Shown here piece by piece: positions 13,917-27,455 of a stretch of DNA of 64,000 nt; the first letter of the stretch is position 1; every line of letters starts with the position of its first letter. Source of the DNA: Octopus sinensis. Lineage: Eukaryota. The stretch lies in assembly GCF_006345805.1 (NCBI RefSeq), contig NC_042998.1:36828001-36892000 (forward strand), written 5' to 3'. Under the pieces are notes generated by a model. It saw nothing but the letters and a program-made list of their open reading frames with translations. It did no database searches and had not been told where the DNA came from. Both the position numbers and the translations under genes were made by a program.

Positions 13917-14670
13917 CAAGGGTCAACTGAAAAATTGATAGGTTGACCAAGCTACTCTCATGGAATTTGAACAATTGAGGTTTCTTTTTCAACGTGGTGC
14001 TCCCTTGAAATCCACAAAATTCACCCATCGGTGTTGCAGTGCTTGGATCACATTTGTGAAGAAGCTTTCATCCTGTTGACTGCAACAGTAGTTATGACGT
14101 CATCATTCACACCCAATCATTCTTTCCAAGTAGGGGATCAAACGATTACCAGATGGAGAGAAATCAGAAGAATAAGGAAGAGGATCAACCAGTTCCAAAC
14201 CACAGTCACACACAACAGCCATTGAAAGCAAGGCCTTGTGTGCTGGAGTATTGTCCTGATGAAACAAGACCCCTTGTATCAGTTTTCCTGGGTGTTTTGT
14301 CTTCATAGACTATCACAAATGCATCAGCAGGTTTGCATAGTGCTCATCATTAATCGTGTTGCACATTTGAAGGTTTTTGAAAATACTCAATAAATGCAAT
14401 ACCTTTTGCATCCCAAAAACGGAGGCCATCACCTTCCCTGCAAATGAAATGACCATGACCTTCTTTGGAGCTGGTGAGGAGGAGGGGTGTTTCCAATGCA
14501 TGGATTGTTTCTTCGTCTCTGGCTCAAATCTTGGGTTAAGAAACGTTCAAGGAAACCAGTTGAATCTGCCCCAAACAAGGTTTACCTCGAAAGAAACAAT
14601 GCAAAATTTCATCGATCTGGTATCATTTCTTCATGGCCAGTCTAAACTTTTCAGTCCACCCTCTTGTTTG
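13917..14670 (-). mobile_element. Mariner transposon remnant (catalytic domain plus one terminus)
   Basis: EPETKKQSMHWKHPSS..GKVMASVF, GVLFHQDNTPAH, LPYSSDFSPS, QALQHRW; TIR-like end CAAGGGTCAACTGAAAAATT at 13917. Confidence 0.85.
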
Positions 14671-14789
14671 TGTGTGTATGTGTGTGTGTGTATGTATAAG
14701 AAAAGCGCACGAGAGGGAGAGAGTGTTTGGGGGCGGGGAAGAGAGAATTGGAATTAAAAAGAAGAAAGAAAGAGAAATTAAATATTTTA

Positions 14790-15120
14790 AAATGAGAATG
14801 CTTTACTATTTTACATTGGAATGCAGTCTGAAATACGTTGCAGATCTGTATCCATATCAGAAGGAAGAGTCATCGGTGTTGCAGAAATATTTGTGGATTT
14901 TACGGAGGAATGATGCTACATTCTGTATTTAGGTGGCGAACAGGCATAATCGTTTGCATGGCGGGCAAAAATTCTTCGCAACATTTCATGCGTCTCTATG
15001 TTCTAAGTTTGCTTTTCATTCCTACAGGGTTGATAAAATAAGAATCAAGTGAGCGCTGTGATCGATAACAGCGATCAGTGAACTTCTCAAAATTTCAAGC
15101 CTTGTTCCTAGAGTTGAAAG
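14790..15120 (-). mobile_element. Possible very old CR1/Jockey-type RT remnant
   Basis: Minus frames KYFCNTDDSSF and DLQRISDC resemble the YADD region and the following DL..I..W segment; weak. Confidence 0.25.
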
Positions 15121-15224
15121 GATTTTATATTCGATATTAAGAGAATATTCGTGTTCTATATTAAAAAAAGATAGGAAAATATTAGATTTATAAGCCCTAA
15201 AATTCACTCCATAATTGCCCACAG

Positions 15225-15398
15225 ACATATGGTGTAGTGGTTAAGAGCACGGGGTACTAACCCAAGATTAGGAATGAGAACACAGGTTCGAAGTTTCTCC
15301 AAGACACCTGGTGAAGGCTGGAGGGCATATCAGCTGAAACGTTGTGTTAACACAAAGAAGATGCGGGCAAATATCCACCAAGTGTAAATAATGTAGAA
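15225..15398 (+). mobile_element. SINE-like element: tRNA-like head joined to a hammerhead-bearing tail
   Basis: A-box TGGTGTAGTGG 15230-15240, B-box-like GGTTCGA 15285-15291, then the HHR motif. Confidence 0.6.
15304..15347 (+). ncRNA. Degenerate minimal type I hammerhead (A6 to G, extra A)
   Basis: ACAC-CTGGTGA-A-GGCTG (10 nt) CAGCT-GAAAC-GTT-GTGT; helices I and II pair. Confidence 0.55.
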
Positions 15399-15719
15399 TA
15401 TTCATGCATTCTCAAATAACTGCGTCTTTTATTTGCTGTATATTGAAAATAATCTCTGCTTTTTGAAAAAAAAGTGTATAGAAATTAGCTCCAATGTGAA
15501 CGAAATAAAGAATACACGTAATTAGCCCCTTGATAATATGTCAACAGAGAGAAATGTGCTACGTGAAGTAAACAACATTTAAAATCAACAAAATGTTAAT
15601 ACAAATAATATTTGCGACGGAATTTCATTTGTTGACAAGATTTATATCTTCAGCCTAAGTCTTACAAGAAGAGAAAATGATCATAGAAAGGTATCGTTAT
15701 AAAATTTGTATCTCTTTAC

Positions 15720-15900
15720 TCTTTCTCTTTTTACTCTTTTTTACTTGTTTCAGTCATTTCACTGTGGCTATGCTGGAGCACCGCCTTTAGTCAAGCAAAT
15801 TGACCCCAGGCCTTATACTTTGTAAGCTTAGTACTTATTATATCGGTCTCTTTTGCCGAACCGCCAAGTTACGGGAACGTAAACACACCATCATAATAGG
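15720..15900 (-). mobile_element. SINE 3' half
   Basis: TTACTTGTTTCAGTCATT...GCTGGAGCACCGCC...GCCGAACCGCCAAGTTACGG is the reverse complement of the body seen at 21170-21345, 30950-31125 and 57020-57190. Confidence 0.6.
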
Positions 15901-16507
15901 TATATGTGTGTGCGTGCATATGTGTGCATGTGTGTGTGCGTGCTTGTGTGTGTATGTGCGTGCGAGTGTGTGTATTGATGTATGTTTGTGGTTGTGCGTG
16001 TGCATGCAGGATCAAGCGCACGTCCTCAATAGGTGTGTTTTGTTTGTTCACTGGTCGGCTGGGGCATAGCTCCTGGGGAAGAACTGCCTCATTACATTAG
16101 GTGTTGAAACACATGAATATCATAGACAGGTGAATCAAATCACTCGCCTCCCACTTCATTCAAGAAGAATAGAGCCATAGACTGGGGCTTCGTCTCCGCT
16201 TTGATTCAGGTACGTGATGTTGATAAGTGACAAAAACGGGGAAATATCGATTTCCATCACTCCTTAACGGGGTCGGAGGCGAGAATTGTCTCACCTGTCT
16301 GTTAATTTTAGGTGTTCGAACGATCAACATAACGAGGGTGTAGTCTGCCAGGAGCTACACCGCAGCGAACCGTTGAAGAAGCAAAACTTACTTTGAGTGT
16401 GTGCAGCTGATAATGTTTACAGCACTATATCCGTTTTTAATTCATTATTGTATGTATGTATGTATGTATGTATGTATGTATGTATGTATGTATGTATGTA
16501 TGTATGT

Positions 16508-16553
<46 letters not shown>

Positions 16554-16669
16554 TTGTGTATGTATGCGTGTATGTATGTATGTGTGTGTATGTATATGTG
16601 TGTAAGAATGTATGAATGTTTGTATATATGTGTGTATGTATGTATGCATGCATGTATGTATATTAGTAT

Positions 16670-16798
16670 TAGTTGCCAATTCTGTACAAGACATTGTAGA
16701 TCTTTAGCTGGGCTAAAAAGTCACATTCGATCACGGCACCAGTAACAGTTAAGCTTCGTGCAATGGCCATACTCGATAACGAGGGGGCAGCCATAATA
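16670..16798 (+). mobile_element. 5'-truncated RTE-type LINE 3' end with 14-bp target-site duplication
   Basis: SCQFCTRHCRSLAGLKSHIRSRHQ* plus 3' UTR nearly identical to 30110-30238; ATGTATATTAGTAT at 16656-16669 and 16799-16812. Confidence 0.8.
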
Positions 16799-17329
16799 AT
16801 GTATATTAGTATAGGTATATATTGCCGGTGTTAATGTATTTAATGAAGTGACAGGTAAGTCCATAAACGATAAAATTTAGAAATTTTATTAAAATTATTT
16901 TTGTGGAGTTAGCCGCTACTTGTGTGTTTACGTCCCTGCTACCTAGCGCTTTGGCAAAAGAAATCGGTTGAATATATACCGGACTTGAAAGACGAATGTC
17001 CGACTAAATTCCTTTAGAGCATTTCCCCAGCATGTACACAGTCCAATGACCGAAGCAAACAAACTATAAACGAGACTGGTCTTTCATTCTTATCTTACTC
17101 TTTATAATTCCGTCATTGCTCTACCATTTCCTTTTTTCAGTTCTTTATAATTCTCTCATTGCTCTGCCATTTCTTTTTTTGCAGCATCCACACACATTCA
17201 CAAATATACACATTTAATTTATATACTTAACGATGAGTTTTGCAAAAAAGATAAAACTACGAATATCTATTATACATGTGACTCGTCAAAACTTGGATAT
17301 ACTTTTTTATTAGTGAACAGCGACATAAT

Positions 17330-17960
17330 GAAGAAATTGATGCAACGGATTTGTTTAATTCAGATTCGACCTAATTGAGAAGACATACATTCCAATTCTT
17401 ACTAATCATGGGCATTGCATCTTTTCATGCATGGTTAGTCTCAGAATATATTATAAACTCTTTCGAATTTCGAAAATGCAATTGGGTTGTTACGTCTCCA
17501 AGCTCAAATGTCTGCGAGAGACTTCCTAATTAGGCCGTAATAGTTATTAATTCTGGTATCGCCGGCAAATTTGTAATCATGGTTAACGAGCGTGAATAAT
17601 TTACTAAAAGTTGAAATTCCTTAAAGACCAAACTCTATTAAAAGCTCGTGGTTTGGCCTGTATTGATTATGATTTCGTCTCGATTCCTTTCTACCATGAT
17701 CGTTAATGAGACCTGCAACATGTGTCTAACACACGTTACTATTTTGCAATTGCTTAAATTATACTCAGGCATCAAGTTTACATAGAAAGTATTGAAAAGA
17801 TAAATCATACTGCCGATTATCCAGTAGGAATTTCACCAACTTCAGAAACATTGAAACACTTTCACCGCTTCAAGCTTAATCATGATTCAACGAACGAGCT
17901 TCTACATGACCTGTACATTCGCTATAAATAACAGGCTATGCCAGCCTCAATCTCCAAACT
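17330..17960 (+). mobile_element. Possible pogo/Tigger-like transposase remnant
   Basis: EIDATDLFNSDST resembles ..IFN.DET; nucleotide similarity to the minus-strand copy at 22560-23340. Confidence 0.3.
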
Positions 17961-18019
17961 ATCATGTTTCTCTGTTTTGGTTTGTTTTGTTTTTTTTAAT
18001 AAAGGATATCATTTCTCAG

Positions 18020-18300
18020 ATAACCTCTGAGAAAACAAAGACAGAGTAGGAAAGCATATGAATTTAAGAAGGTACTTAACAGTGTTGACGGAGATACACT
18101 CTGGAATATCTTGAGAGTCTCTTTGATTCCTAGCAGGTGTAGCAACATCTTGAAGTTTCTGTAAAGGGACTCTTAATGCTGCATGAATGCGAGCAGCGGA
18201 ACGGCCGATGTTTGAAACTGCTACCGAAGTGAGACAGGGTTGTATCTTTCCGCCGTTTCTGTTCTTTGTAGTTATTAATTTCATTATGCAGAAAGAGATG
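18020..18300 (+). mobile_element. RTE-clade RT fragment
   Basis: YEFKKVLNSVDGDTLWNILR...EVRQGCIFPPFLFFVVINFIM, like FEKAFDSV...GVRQGCILSP.LF. Confidence 0.65.
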
Positions 18301-18681
18301 TATAGTTCCAGTTTTAGGATATCGCGGAGACGGGCAAATTTACTGACTTAAATTTTGAAGAAGACTTAGATTTGGTTAAAACTTAGGCATCTCTTAGTGG
18401 AAAAGGAAAAGAAATGAAGAGGTGAGAAGCGCTAGCATTGGAAGCTTGCAGGATGTGGCGGTTAAGCAGCGGATGTGGGTTTCTAACCATAATGCTTCCA
18501 TTATTTTGGGAAGGGAAGCAAAAAAGTAAATGAAAGACGAGGGAAGACATGACGCAGTCCGAGACATCATGAAAACTACAGGAGTTGGCGGGAGTGGAAT
18601 TCAGGTTTTTGAAAAGGACACGTTGCTCGTTGGGCTAACAGCAATGTAGGCACGCATACATACGCGTGCAGACACACTCAT

Positions 18682-18726
<45 letters not shown>

Positions 18727-18841
18727 ATATATATATATATACATACACACATACACGTATATACTGATAAATACAGAGAGAGATAAAGGATGGCATTCAC
18801 CATTTTCCATTGATAGAACGTCATACAAGTGTAAGACGCCC

Positions 18842-18880
<39 letters not shown>

Positions 18881-19461
18881 ATATATATATAATATATATA
18901 TATACGTATATATATATATATATATACGTATATATATATATACGTATATATATATATATATATATGTATAGACGTATATATATGTATGCATATACTTACA
19001 AGTATATATATATATGCATCTATGTATTTCTATATGTATGCATTTATGTATGTGTATATATAGATATATATTAAATAGATATATTTGTATATATGTTCGT
19101 GTCTGAGTATTGTGTGTATAAATGCCTGTATGCATATGGTGATTCTATCGTTGTACGTTGTATATACAAAATTGCAATTGTGACTTCGTTTCGAAAAATA
19201 ACGTAAAAAGAAAATTGAGTAAATCTCTGCCAGACCACTTATTCTTAAAATTCCTCAAACATTTCAAAGCGCAAAGACGCAAAGAATAGTAGAGGTCTTT
19301 TCTTTTTCATTCTGTTCATTAATTATTCATATATTAAAAGCATTCTGTCGTTTTGTACTATGACAGTAGTAAGTATATATTACAGTTTCTGCCAACACCA
19401 ACACCACTACCTCTACCACCAGTACAACAACTACTGCTACTACTACTACTACTACTGATAC

Positions 19462-19518
<57 letters not shown>

Positions 19519-19539
19519 CAATAATAACAATAATAATAA

Positions 19540-19905
19540 TCCTTTCTACTAAAGGTATAAGGCCTGAAATTTATTTTTGGGTGGGCGCGGGACCTAGTTT
19601 ATTACATCGACCCTTGTGTTTCACTGGTACTTAATTTATCGACCCCGAAAGGATGAAAAGCAAAATTGACTTTGGCGAAATCTGAACTAAGAACGTTACG
19701 ACGGGCGAAATGTCGCTAGGCATTTTGCCTGTCAGGTTAAAGATTCTTTCAGGTCGGGGCCATAAATAATCCTTTCTACTATAAACGCAATGTCTGAAAT
19801 TTTGGAGGAGGTGACTAGTCGATTTCATTGGCCCTAGTGTTTTACAGGTAATTAATTTATCGATGCCAAAAGGATGAAAGGCAGAGTCGACCTCGGGGAA
19901 ATTTG
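19540..19905 (-). mobile_element. Two tandem copies of a second tRNA-derived SINE family
   Basis: ATAATCCTTTCTACT...ATCGACCCCGAAAGGATGAAA..GTCGACCTCGG occurs twice; same family at 24310, 27270, 53291, 54750 and 55800. Confidence 0.7.
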
Positions 19906-19956
19906 AGCGGGTGTGTTATTCCGTTATACAACTCATGTTATTTAAAATATCGTTAG

Positions 19957-20900
19957 ATAGGCATAGGAGTGGCTGTGTGGTAAATAGCCTGCTTACCGCT
20001 ACCAAGTTTCCACCGAGTGAGGGAGTTGAGGCTCATCCAAGTGAAAGTGATGCAGAATATATGCTCTTCTATTTCAGGGGAGGGGCTATTGACAGTTTCG
20101 TGGAGAATAATATGGATAGTCGGGTCCTGGGAAACCCGACTTGTTTTGACAGCCCAGAGTGGCCTCCGCAGGTGGCTGCTCTGGTATTGGAAAGAAAGTA
20201 CTGTGATCATATAATTGACTCGTGTAAATACGAGAATTATAGAATTCTTTTTTGGAGCCCCGAATTGCGGTTACAGGAATGCCTGCAAGTTGCCGAAAAG
20301 CCTGCATGTTGCAGGAATTCCTGCAAGTTGCACGAAAAGTACTCGAAGAAGTATTGTAGAGGTTTACCGCCTCTAATTTGTGTATAAATTGTGTTTTATA
20401 ATTGTATGGACTTTTTAGTCCAAATATACTGTATTTTAAATTGTAAGTGGGTTAATACCTCTGTATATGCGTTTTTAAAGAACAATGATTTAGAGAAGCA
20501 GAGGGTCGGCGGGCGCTTTCTGTCTTCTCCCATTATCTTTATCATTATTGTATCATAATCATTCGCCTCATCAATGTCTGTGTCCAGCCCGTAAAGCTAC
20601 CTTATATATGTGTTGCCTACATGGCAAATTTAATGAATAAAAGTAGCTTGCTTACCTACTGATTATGAGTCGTCCTTTTCATCATTCACCTCATCAATGT
20701 CTTTGTCCAGTCCGGAAGCTACTCTGTATCATGTCTTTATGGCAAATTTTTTGAAATCAAGTAGCTTGCTTACGAACCACATGGTTCCGGGTTCAGTCCC
20801 ACTGCGTGGTATCTTGTGCAAGTGTCTTCTACTATAGCCTCGGACCGACCAAAACTTTGTGGGTGGATTTATTAGACAGAAACTGAAAGAAGCCCGTCGT
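19957..20900 (+). mobile_element. SINE interrupted by a ~760-bp insertion
   Basis: Head GGAGTGGCTGTGTGGTAAATAGCCTGCTTAC at ~19966-19997 resumes as AGTAGCTTGCTTACGAACCACATGGTTCCGGG at ~20760. Confidence 0.6.
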
Positions 20901-20975
20901 ATATATGTTGATTCGTTAGCTACTGCACGCATTTTTTTTCTCTCCTTCTTTCTGTGTTTTTTTTCTCTCTGTGTA

Positions 20976-21013
20976 TCTTTCTGTTGAAGAGCGTAGGCTC
21001 GAAACATTAAAGA
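20976..21013 (+). ncRNA. Degenerate hammerhead-like motif (extra-A, zero-loop helix III family)
   Basis: TCTTT-CTGTTGAA-GAGC GTAG GCTC-GAAAC-ATT-AAAGA. Confidence 0.4.
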
Positions 21014-21110
21014 CTTGTTTTATTTATATTTCCTGAGCGCCATACTAATACAATTGTTCGTTTGTTTTCCACCTGCCTTCGTCTTTTGTCTATTTTCATA
21101 AAGCTTCCCG

Positions 21111-21142
<32 letters not shown>

Positions 21143-21375
21143 GTGTGTGTGTGTGTGTGTGTCCAACATCGCTTGACAACCGATGCTGGTGTGTTTACAT
21201 CCCTGTAACTTAGCGGCAAAAACGACCGATAGAATAAGTACTAGGCTTACAAAGAATAAGTCTTGGGATCGATTTGCTCGACTAAAGGCGGTGCTTCAGT
21301 ATGGCCGCAGTTAAAATGACTGAAACAAGTAAAAGAGTAAAGAGTATTATTATTATTATTATAAGTATTATTATT

Positions 21376-21918
21376 GAGTGAGAGAGCAGTGCATGCCATC
21401 AAAGTGACACTAGGGTAAAATATACGAAGCGCAGTATACCCATCATGACTACCTGTCTGATAAGGGTACTCTAGGCACATGCATCACAACCATATCTGTG
21501 TGACATGGTGATCTCATATCAAGATAAACAGCGCATGACCTTGCAGTTGGGGCCCAGTTAGAATTTTCTTCAGGTCGAGTAACTCATCCCACTCAAAAGG
21601 TCACTGAATAAGGATTGTTTAAGGATGTTGAACAAACCACACATGTTCCCAGAGGTGAATTATCCAAACTTCCAAGAACTCCGTTCAACACACGGCTATG
21701 ATGCTCCCCCACTACTTCTGTTTGTGATCAGAGATGCACATATCGTCAGCCACTAAGAGACATGGACAACTGGTTAAGGTCAAACAACTGACAAGCAAAT
21801 CTGTGGTATTGAGCAGAATATTTGCGGTAGCCCATCTTTTATACCAAGACAAAAAAATGTACATGATAACACTTCCAGTCAGTTAAGATCAGAAGCCTGG
21901 TACTGCATCAGGACATTT
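21376..21918. mobile_element. ~540-bp non-coding interspersed element embedded in (TAA)n
   Basis: Complex sequence with sharp borders, (ATT)n on both sides, no coding signal. Confidence 0.55.
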
Positions 21919-22178
<260 letters not shown>

Positions 22179-22559
22179 CCCTTCTGTAGTGGATTAAAAT
22201 AAATCATGACAATAATATTTCCTTTAATGGATGGGTAATTCATTTTACGTTGCGAACATATTCTTAGGAAAGGCAAAAATCTTTTGTGATAATTTTAGGC
22301 AACGTATCTACGTAAATTGAATTGAATCGTGGACGGTATCATAAACTGAGGTATCAATATAAATATTTTCGTTTAGTATATCGAAAATAATATTGGATAC
22401 GTCTCAGATTTGATGAAACCCTCTGGGGTGAATGCAAATAAATAAATAGCAAATGTCTATAAGATATGAAATGTCAATTGTTTTCTCTCTGCTCCATAAT
22501 GTATACCTTATCCATATCTTAACATCGTTGCATTGATATTTTCTTTCATTCAAACATTT

Positions 22560-23340
22560 ATTTCACCAATTCTCAAAGTGTTAACTTCATATATTTAACC
22601 CATCTCCTAAAATCTACTGCTAATATTATTAGTCTAAATTTAATATTGACCCAGTTCATATAGCAATTTCTAGATATATACACCTACATTTATTCGTTCT
22701 CAGCTTTTATCTAAATACGTTTAATGAAACAAATATATCCTCGAAGAGAAATATCTAGTTCTAAATTAAACTTATTTAAGAATACTTTTCATTTATATAC
22801 CATTGCCCAGTTTAAGAGCTCTTTTCATCTTTTATATCATGTATTTAACGAGGTTTACTGAACATCATTTCAGATTCGATCAGGAACTTTTGCATTTCTT
22901 AATTTTAGACGATTTGCATGTTTGCAGATGATTTTAGCAATTGACGTCAGCCAGCGTGAGTTATTGGCATGATTATATATCACCCCCAATAAGTGTCGCT
23001 CCAATTCTGCATGAATCTTGTTTTTCATTCGATAAATCGTGAACATGCCAGTATCTTGTCAAATGCAGTAATTGCTCTGTCACAGAAAACCAGATCTGAT
23101 AACTGTGACTTTAAATGAAATATTTCTTCTAACAGACGAATCTAAATCTGTATCAACTGCTGAAATATCCCATGGACATTATTCGAAAAGGCTGGTTATA
23201 TTTTGAAGTGTAAATACTTCATAGGCTAAAGGAAGTGAAAGCCATGATTTAAGAATAGTTATTATTCAAGTTGTCTCAGTGTTGAAAACATCAGTGGAAT
23301 CGATGTTATATTCCAATCAATACTTTGTAATTAAAACATA
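22560..23340 (-). mobile_element. Possible pogo/Tigger-like transposase remnant
   Basis: YNIDSTDVFNTET and LGVIYNHANNSRWLTS resemble IFNADET and Y.AN.KAWMTS. Confidence 0.35.
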
Positions 23341-23369
23341 GGTAAAGTTTAGGATTCGATATTAATTTA

Positions 23370-23610
23370 TTCATTTGGAAAACCCCGACAAACCACTTTA
23401 TTTTATGCTGCTCCACTTCACTCAGCTGTAGAAGTGAGTTGTGACGTCACTGGTTCTAAACTCTATCGGCCCCTTTGCCTTACCTTTGGATAACATCAGT
23501 GGTGTGGAGAGGGTAGGCTGGTATGCATGGGCGACTGCTGTTCATCAGAAAACAACCATTCCCGGACTTGTGCCATGGAGGGGAACATTCTAGCTGCAAT
23601 TCCATGTGAA
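23370..23610 (+). mobile_element. Degenerate SINE body
   Basis: ACTTTATTTTATGCTGCTCCACTTCACTCAGCTG resembles the core of the 35399-35718 SINE. Confidence 0.45.
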
Positions 23611-24052
23611 GAGTAAACAGGGTTTTTATTCTTCAGACACAGACACACACACACACACTCACAGAATCCTTACGGTTTTCTTGCTAGTCTTCTTGAGGTG
23701 CGTAACAAACTTAGGTCCGTTTATATTCTACTCTAGTTATCAGTGAAAAATAATAGTTGAATCTCACACTCTGATCAAACATTATGGTAGTTCGTTACAA
23801 GTTTGGCGTAGAACTCGTCTGCAGACAGAAAGATGTCAAATTTTAATCAATGCTGTCGCACACTTGAGCTACGGAAGGCTCTTGTTAGATGTAAATATTG
23901 TGTTTTATCCAAAATCAATGCCTTGAATTTCATCTCACGTCAATTAATGATAAACTTATTATTACTAGACTACACGGCTATATTCCCACATGCGCGTACA
24001 TATCTGCGTATGTGTATGTAAGTGCTTATATATATATATGTATATATATACA

Positions 24053-24134
<82 letters not shown>

Positions 24135-24154
24135 CATATATGTATATATATATA

Positions 24155-24207
<53 letters not shown>

Positions 24208-24309
24208 ATAATATATATATATATATATAAATATATATATATACCCTAGTGAGAATTTATGTTTGTGTGTGTCATGAAGTTACTTATGACGATATAAATC
24301 GCGTAATAA

Positions 24310-24450
24310 TTTATACTAATTTCAAAGTTTGGCACAAGGCTAGCAAATGCAGGAGTGGTGGTAAATCTATGACATCGACCCTAGTGCTTGACTGGTACGT
24401 TTCTATCGGCCCCGAAAGGATGAAAGTCGACCTGGCAGAATTTTAACTCA
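24310..24450 (-). mobile_element. SINE fragment
   Basis: ACATCGACCCTAGTG..CTGGTAC..ATCGGCCCCGAAAGGATGAAAGTCGACC. Confidence 0.55.
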
Positions 24451-27269
24451 AAATGTAGAGCTTAACCTGAAGAGGGGCTATTGTAGACGTCACTATCTGA
24501 AGGTGTCACTCAGTGAGACGGAACCCTGTGTCATGTGGTAGGGAAGCGAACTTCTTAACACACAACCACACATGCGCCTATCCAGCCCTATTTCAGTGAA
24601 TGCTGGGCATCTTCATCCCTTACTATTTCTTAAGACCTGATGGCGTTGTAGAAGGAGCTCGAACCGGTCGTATATCAGACCTTTTATTATGCCTACTCCA
24701 TCAATTGCTCAGTCTTGATCAAGGAAAACCAATTGAAATCGATTATAATTTCAGATTTGATGGAGATATTTGTAAACGTTCTTATCATGCATACATAACA
24801 TGACCACCGAGTGCAATATACTTTTGTGAATATCGTAAATGTGATGCACCAATGTGGAATTATTTTATATACAAATCACTCATCATTCTTGATAATTTCT
24901 TAGTTTCTAGCAACAGTGTAAAATTAGTTACCACTTATAAGCTGGAAACTCACTAATGATTGAGGTTTTTACGATTTCCACCTGCGAAAATCCAGAGACA
25001 CAGTTTGATATTTAGCTATATTTATTAAATAAGCCTTTGATTCATTCAAACTGACGAGTGTTCATATCAAAAGCTTTTAAAATCAAGAGTATATAGTCTA
25101 TTTTGGTCTTATGGTCTTATGACCGGTAATACAAAATACTAGACTATATATACTATATATACTAATATACTATAGTGAAACTAGTAATGTGTCCTTGAAA
25201 TTAAGAAACAGTCTGAAGACTGCGAAATACTATCTTCTTGAGTTTGGAAATTTTCTCGTAATTTAAACCATTGGGATTATTAATTTTTCCTCTGTCGAAT
25301 ACCATAATGACTAAGGAAATAATACTTAGAAACGTACAGAAGGACCCCGATGCTTAGTGCATCAAACTGAAAATCGATAATGGATCTTTAAGCAAAAACT
25401 ACATTATCATACTTGCATAATTTATAATAAAACATGTAATAAATATTAACGAAAACAATGGGGTTCAGTTTTCAAGAATACGTAGAATTTATACTGCATG
25501 GTGCAAGAATTGAAGGGTGGTCATGTTGAGATCCAATTAAAATATAATTGCCAGAGAAATTTTAAATTTCTAAATCGAAATAATCATGTGAAATTGTTAA
25601 TTGAAATTTTAAATTCAATTACTAGCATAGCTCATTGGAAAAGGACTGGTAGGTTGGAATGACATTAAATAATTCTTTATGATTGTTAAAAATTAGTCGA
25701 TTAGCTGTAAAAATATTATTTTATGAATAATATTCTATATTCATGAAAATAATTCTCTTATTTATGATTCACATGTTTCCATTGTCACGAGATTAATATC
25801 GTTTGCATTTTATGTGAAATCAACTCTGTCAATGGGCCACCATATTCCGTCACCACAACAAAGGATTTTGGGCCACAGTGTAAGAATAAGAACTAATCAA
25901 TTATCACCACAAAAGCAACAATTTCCTTTTTACTTTAAATATTATGAGTTGCGTGCGTTTCTTTTTTCTTCTTTCTTTTCCTAATTCAGGTAAACTTGAG
26001 ATGTTTTTGTAGCTCATTAAGTTGTTATTTATTCTCATGTTGCACATCTCAGAGAATTAATGATTGTTTTCCTAAGACGGTCCGCAATGTTGTGATTTGG
26101 TGTATCTTCCACTAAAATAGCTCAAGTGAAATCTAATCTAGTCACTTAACCTGCTCTAGCATCGGGGTGCCATAAACGTTCACCTAACATTTATCTCTTT
26201 CTAATTTACTAATACCGTTTTATCAATAAAATGGAATGATATCTTGTTAAAAATATGTAACATCATTTGATGATATATCAAATATTCTCTCCTACAATGG
26301 GCTTCGTATTCACTGCTGAAATCGATAATCTATCGTTGTGCAGCTCTCTTTTTAAAGCAGGTATTGTGATATACATTTAAAAAGCGATTTCAACTTAAAT
26401 ATCGCAAATTCAGCCCTCTGATTTTTCTGGCCAACAGCGTATTTTCAGCGCCGCCCCAACTTTCACGATATCTAGTTCTATAATATATGATTTTTTTTAC
26501 AAAAACACGAAAAATGCTAAATATTTAGAACGAGAAATATTTACCTCAAAAACTTCTTATGTATGACAAAGCGAATTTAACATTCTTGTGGAATGGGAAT
26601 AAATAAGATCATTCTCAACAGCCACAATGAACAAAACTAAACACAACATACCTTTTATACATTATTATTATTATTACTATTATTATTATTACTATTATTA
26701 AGAATTGAATTTGCTTCTAGTTGATAGGAAAATTAAAGCAAATTCATTTGAAATCACTAGCGGTGAATTACAAAACATTTTCCCAACTCATTCTAGCCAA
26801 ATATTTATTAGTTGTCTACCTTTATATTCAATTGTTGATATTGTCAAGTAAGATATATACAGGGTATGGCCAGAGTCGTAACAAAATATCACAGTCGTCG
26901 CATTTCTTAAAGCAACTTCTCTGTGTCGCTACAGCCTAAAACATAATACCTTGCAGTGTGTTTGAAACTCACTGCCCTCTTAGTTCAAAGCCAAACGCGG
27001 TCAACATTGCCTCTCTTCTTTCGGAGTCAATAATATATCAGGGAAGCGGATAAACTGAATTGCTAAAACCTCGGGCAAAATTTATTGCAGCACCTGCTAA
27101 AGATATTGTGGTACTTAGTTAAAATTTCGCCTTTGATTAGATCAAAAGCATCTGAATTGAAAATTTATGAAGAGGAGAGTAACAAAGAATAATTTATTTA
27201 TGAAATCAACTCGCCAGTTCTGCCGACCATCGCAAAACAAATGTGTGTACGTTTGATAATTATTTGGTC

Positions 27270-27455
27270 GAGGTGGCCGGCGGGCGGAGTCGTTAATACG
27301 TCTGACAAAATGCTCTGCTCTATTTCATCTGTCTTTACGTTCTGCGTTCAACTTCTGCCGAGGTTGACTTTATCTTAGACTTTTCGGGATCAACAAAAAG
27401 GTAGCAGATATACACTTGGGTCGACTTAACATCTGCCCGAAAATGCTTACCTTGT
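27270..27455 (+). mobile_element. Diverged tRNA-derived SINE
   Basis: Matches the reverse complement of 53291-53525. Confidence 0.65.

Noticed and set aside
15000-15060. Plus-strand 21-nt micro-exon (TTCCTACAG...AA|GTGAGC)
   Set aside because: Good splice-like sites but no partner exons, and it overlaps a probable minus-strand RT remnant
24630-24680. CTGATGG...GAACCGGTC hammerhead-like remnant
   Set aside because: Two core defects and no convincing helix II; may be a decayed HHR but is not supportable
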